A DNA stretch of 38,291 nt from Gonapodya sp. JEL0774 (lineage: Eukaryota), in the NCBI GenBank assembly GCA_027604505.1, contig JADIIX010000044.1, positions 124,001-162,291 on the forward strand. Reading direction: 5' to 3'. The notes under the pieces are model-generated. The model was not told where the DNA came from, ran no database searches, and was given only the letters and a program-made list of their open reading frames with translations. Positions within the stretch are counted from its first letter, which is position 1, and every line of letters begins with the position of its first letter. Both the position numbers and the translations under genes were made by a program. This document shows, one piece after another, positions 35,024 to 38,291 of the stretch.

Positions 35024-38000
35024 TCATCCACATAAACTGTCAAAATTCTCCAGACCTTCTGTGAGCTCCATGACCTTGTCGAGCGCCTTTTCAATTCCTC
35101 TATCGTCAACAACAAGGTTGTATCTGGACAACGAATTCGTGGTGATGGACTCATTGGACTCCGAACCATCACTGGACATTTTGTTGTGAGCGACCCGTAT
35201 GAGACTCAGCATGTAAGAGGGTTGCCGCTCCGCAATAAAATCTATGAGCGTGGAATTAGGTCGCGAGGTTGTACTCGCAAGGGTTTCGAGAAGGCGTTTC
35301 AACAGTCGCGAGATCACTGGTAGAAATATGGCGAGAAAGGGGATAGAGGGATTAGATGTAGAGCGACGGAAGAAACGAAGAAGGGTCATCCACGTAGAAG
35401 ACAAGCTGTCGGCAAAAGAGCTTCCTCACAATTGGCAGGTGTCCAAAACCGCCCAACAACATTCAAAGTCGCCATAACTATGTGGACTTGACTTCGTAAT
35501 TGATCCATGAATATCGCAGCGACCCGTCTAGTTTCTGCCGGGATTTGTGCATTTCTGTTGCCGCGATCATTAAATTTGAGGAGCTCTCGCATGGCAACCA
35601 TAAGCGATATTGTTGTCATTGCCGCTGGAGAGAAACACTCAGTCAATTTGCCAATCACAATCAGATAAAAATACCTCAAAATTGAAGACTCACTCCCGTA
35701 GCACCACCAAGGGGTTGCAAGCTCCCCAATCATCTCATAACCAAATGTGACAGTAAAGTAAGAGAGGGCTTTCATCGCTGCACTGCCATGATCCAGGGCA
35801 TTCACAAAGCCAGCTTGGGAGATCCAGGAAACCAAATATTCGGGTGTCTCATCAGGTGATTGAGAAGAGGGAGAAGGCATTGGTGCAATTGGCGAATAAA
35901 AGAATGAGTAGAGACAGTGGTACCTGCAAAAGACATTTTCAAAAGAGTGATTCAAGCAATAACCACGGCTGTTCTTGAGAACATTTCCGCACTCACTGGA
36001 TGAACAGCATCAGGGCCCAAGGTTTCGAAGTCATGGCTGATTGAAGTGGTTGCACAACTTGTGCCGAGTCAGTGGAACTTCCGAGGGACATCGTCTGGGG
36101 TTTCGTTCCGAGGGTGGCACAAAACCTCGCGAACCACGTTTCGAGCGTTGTCTTAACCTCCTCCCGCAAAGCTCTTGCATGCATTAACGGGGAGGTGGTT
36201 TGTAAATCCTTTGCCGCTGAATCGTCGGACAACAAAATACTTCGCCTCGCGCAATAAAGTCGCTGTGTAAAAATCAAGGCAAGATACGAACGATTCATAC
36301 AAAGGCAAGAAAACATCATTGTCAGAAATTTCTCACAAACTCATTGATTTTTCCCAAGCAATGTTGTGTCGCAGCGCTCAATGCGAACGATCCGAGCGCA
36401 ACTGATGACGTGGTCGCTCCGGGTGGAACGGACGTGAGAACAGCCGATGAAAAGGGGGTGTGTGGTGGGGTAGGAGAGTCAAGTGCCCAGTAGACGCGGT
36501 CGTAGAACACTAACATTTGGTGACTCTGTTGAAGGATTATGAATGATAAGATCCACTCTTTGTACTAACTCTCAAGTGATGGGGTAGCAGAGAACGTTGC
36601 CTACAAGACGAGCACTACATCAAGAATTCATTCCGTGTGTGCCGTCACCTACTTTTGAACTCACACAAGAAGCCGCATCGGACTCCTCGGTCCAAAGCAT
36701 TTCATGACAAGGAAGTTGGACCATCGAGAATTCCTCGTATGGGAACTGCACTGTGGTCATGTGCGAACTCGAGTGAAGTTTGTCGAGATGCCCTATGATC
36801 CAAAGTGTCCTCCTTTTTTCCTCTTCCTCAAGCCAAGTCTCCCTGCCCGATGGCAATCCGGACGACGGGGATGACTCTGCGCAAAGGCACCATGCACCAG
36901 CCGACAACACCGCCACATTAGTACGCAGGGAATATAAATCCAACTCGTCCGTTTTGAACACGGTGAAGTTGATGAGTGCCTGCATGTTGTAGAGAGAATG
37001 GTTGGAGATAAGTTGGGGATACAAACGTAGAAGTCGTGAGCCGACGGCCTCCCGGTGCAAGGTACGGAATGTGGGCGAAGGATGGTATCGAGTGGCAACT
37101 GCAAGCATTCTGAAAATGGATGGATTGAATACGTGGCGCCATTCAGCTCAATCCCGAACAAAGCCGCATTGGTGAAAAACATACCCCAGAGTTAAAGCCA
37201 AGTGACGGCACTGCGCCGTTCTGGAAAACCTTCCCCTGTGCATGAATGGCCACGAAGTAGCAAATTTATCAAAGTAAAGGGATAGCAACTCATTGCAGTC
37301 TGAAGTCGACGGGAGAGGAGGAAGATCGTCGAATAACGAGGTTTCAAACAAACTCGGATTGGAAGAAGACCGGTTTGCATTGTAACAGCAATCTTCAGGA
37401 AAATCGTCCTTTTCGAAATCATCTCGAAGATCCAACAGATGCGCCGGCAAGCCAAAAGTTGATCTGTGGGGGCCAAACCAATCATGAGTTTGTACGCTCT
37501 GATGCTGAGGCTGGAAATGTTCCGACAAAGAAAGCGGCGATTTGAGCAAAGTGAGTGTCGGGGGATCAGATGTAATTGCGTCTGCACCCAAGGCGAGCGA
37601 AGCAAGAAAGTCCAGTTTTTCGGGAGACGGCGCGGAAAGATTGATATCTGTGCAGGGTGGCTGTAGTTTAGGAGCCGATACAAGTGCAGGCTCCTGAGAA
37701 GGAGTAAGCGGTTGAGACGGATGCAGTCCCTCATTCCCAACAGGAGACTTAAGCAAGTGTGCTTTTACGCCACCGACATGGGATCCCAGAAGAGCCTGCA
37801 TTGAAAGCATCGGGTCATACTCAATTCTGAAATCTCGAAGAGGAAGGGGCAGGAATACCTCCAGTCTCGCAAGCCTATCTGTCATTCTGACCCAATAGCC
37901 AAACTTAGACAGTTGGCGATAATGAAGAATCTGGACGTCAGCACTCACGCACCTTTTACCTTTCCCCAGCTCGGGACGTTTCCTGTTGGACCGTGGAGTG

Positions 38001-38026
38001 AGGTTTGAATCCATCACTTTTGGCAT
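35024..38026 (-). CDS. fungal-specific transcription factor domain protein (Fungal_trans / middle homology region), multi-exon; true start uncertain and may lie upstream
   Basis: RKRP..|MTDRLARLE dimerisation-type helix, ELLSLYFDKFATSWPFMHRGRF, MLAVATRY and EEEEKRRTLWIIGHLDKLHS..VQLPCHEMLW. Helical C-terminal exons end at 35024. Confidence 0.8.
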
Positions 38027-38291
38027 TGCACCTTATGTAACAGAATGGAACCAAGGGATATGAAGGCTGAAGTAAGTTGTGAAAATCGGAGATTCGTGTG
38101 GTTTGAGGAATACGCAAAATGCGGTGGGTGTACGCTCTTGAAAGACGTTTACCCGCAGAGCAGGGAGTTGTTGCTTGACCCGCCTGTGTTTGTGACAACA
38201 ATACGTTCCGAAAATATTAACCCTTTCCCCCCGCACTAATTGACCTCACTTAAGTGAGGGTTTTAGAAAATATTCCTGACGCCCAACCACA

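Overview
Eukaryotic, intron-dense genomic DNA (mostly 50-190 nt GT-AG introns), most consistent with an early-diverging, probably flagellated fungus. That assignment is inferred from a Fungal_trans transcription factor together with REJ/GPS and CSPP1-like ciliary-type proteins. The supplied ORF track fragments the real genes, so I spliced them by hand. Left to right: a 5'-truncated FAM118/SIRal-like SIR2_2 (antiphage-type sirtuin) gene; a hypothetical gene; DNA ligase I with a candidate mitochondrial presequence; a VHS-GAT adaptor; a GC-rich divergent pair (a ~1194 aa disordered protein with a C-terminal AlkB-family dioxygenase, and a ~1214 aa type II membrane GH26 hydrolase); a CSPP1-like gene; a single ~2338 aa gene fusing TM-EGF-GT4-like-GT2 glycosyltransferase domains to a polycystin-like REJ-GAIN/GPS-TM module; an Aa_trans amino acid transporter; and a fungal-specific transcription factor. 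The two most notable items are the glycosyltransferase-REJ/GPS fusion and the intact SIR2_2 NADase-like gene. No rRNA, tRNA, CRISPR array or intact mobile element was seen. All family assignments come from motif recognition by eye, not database searches.
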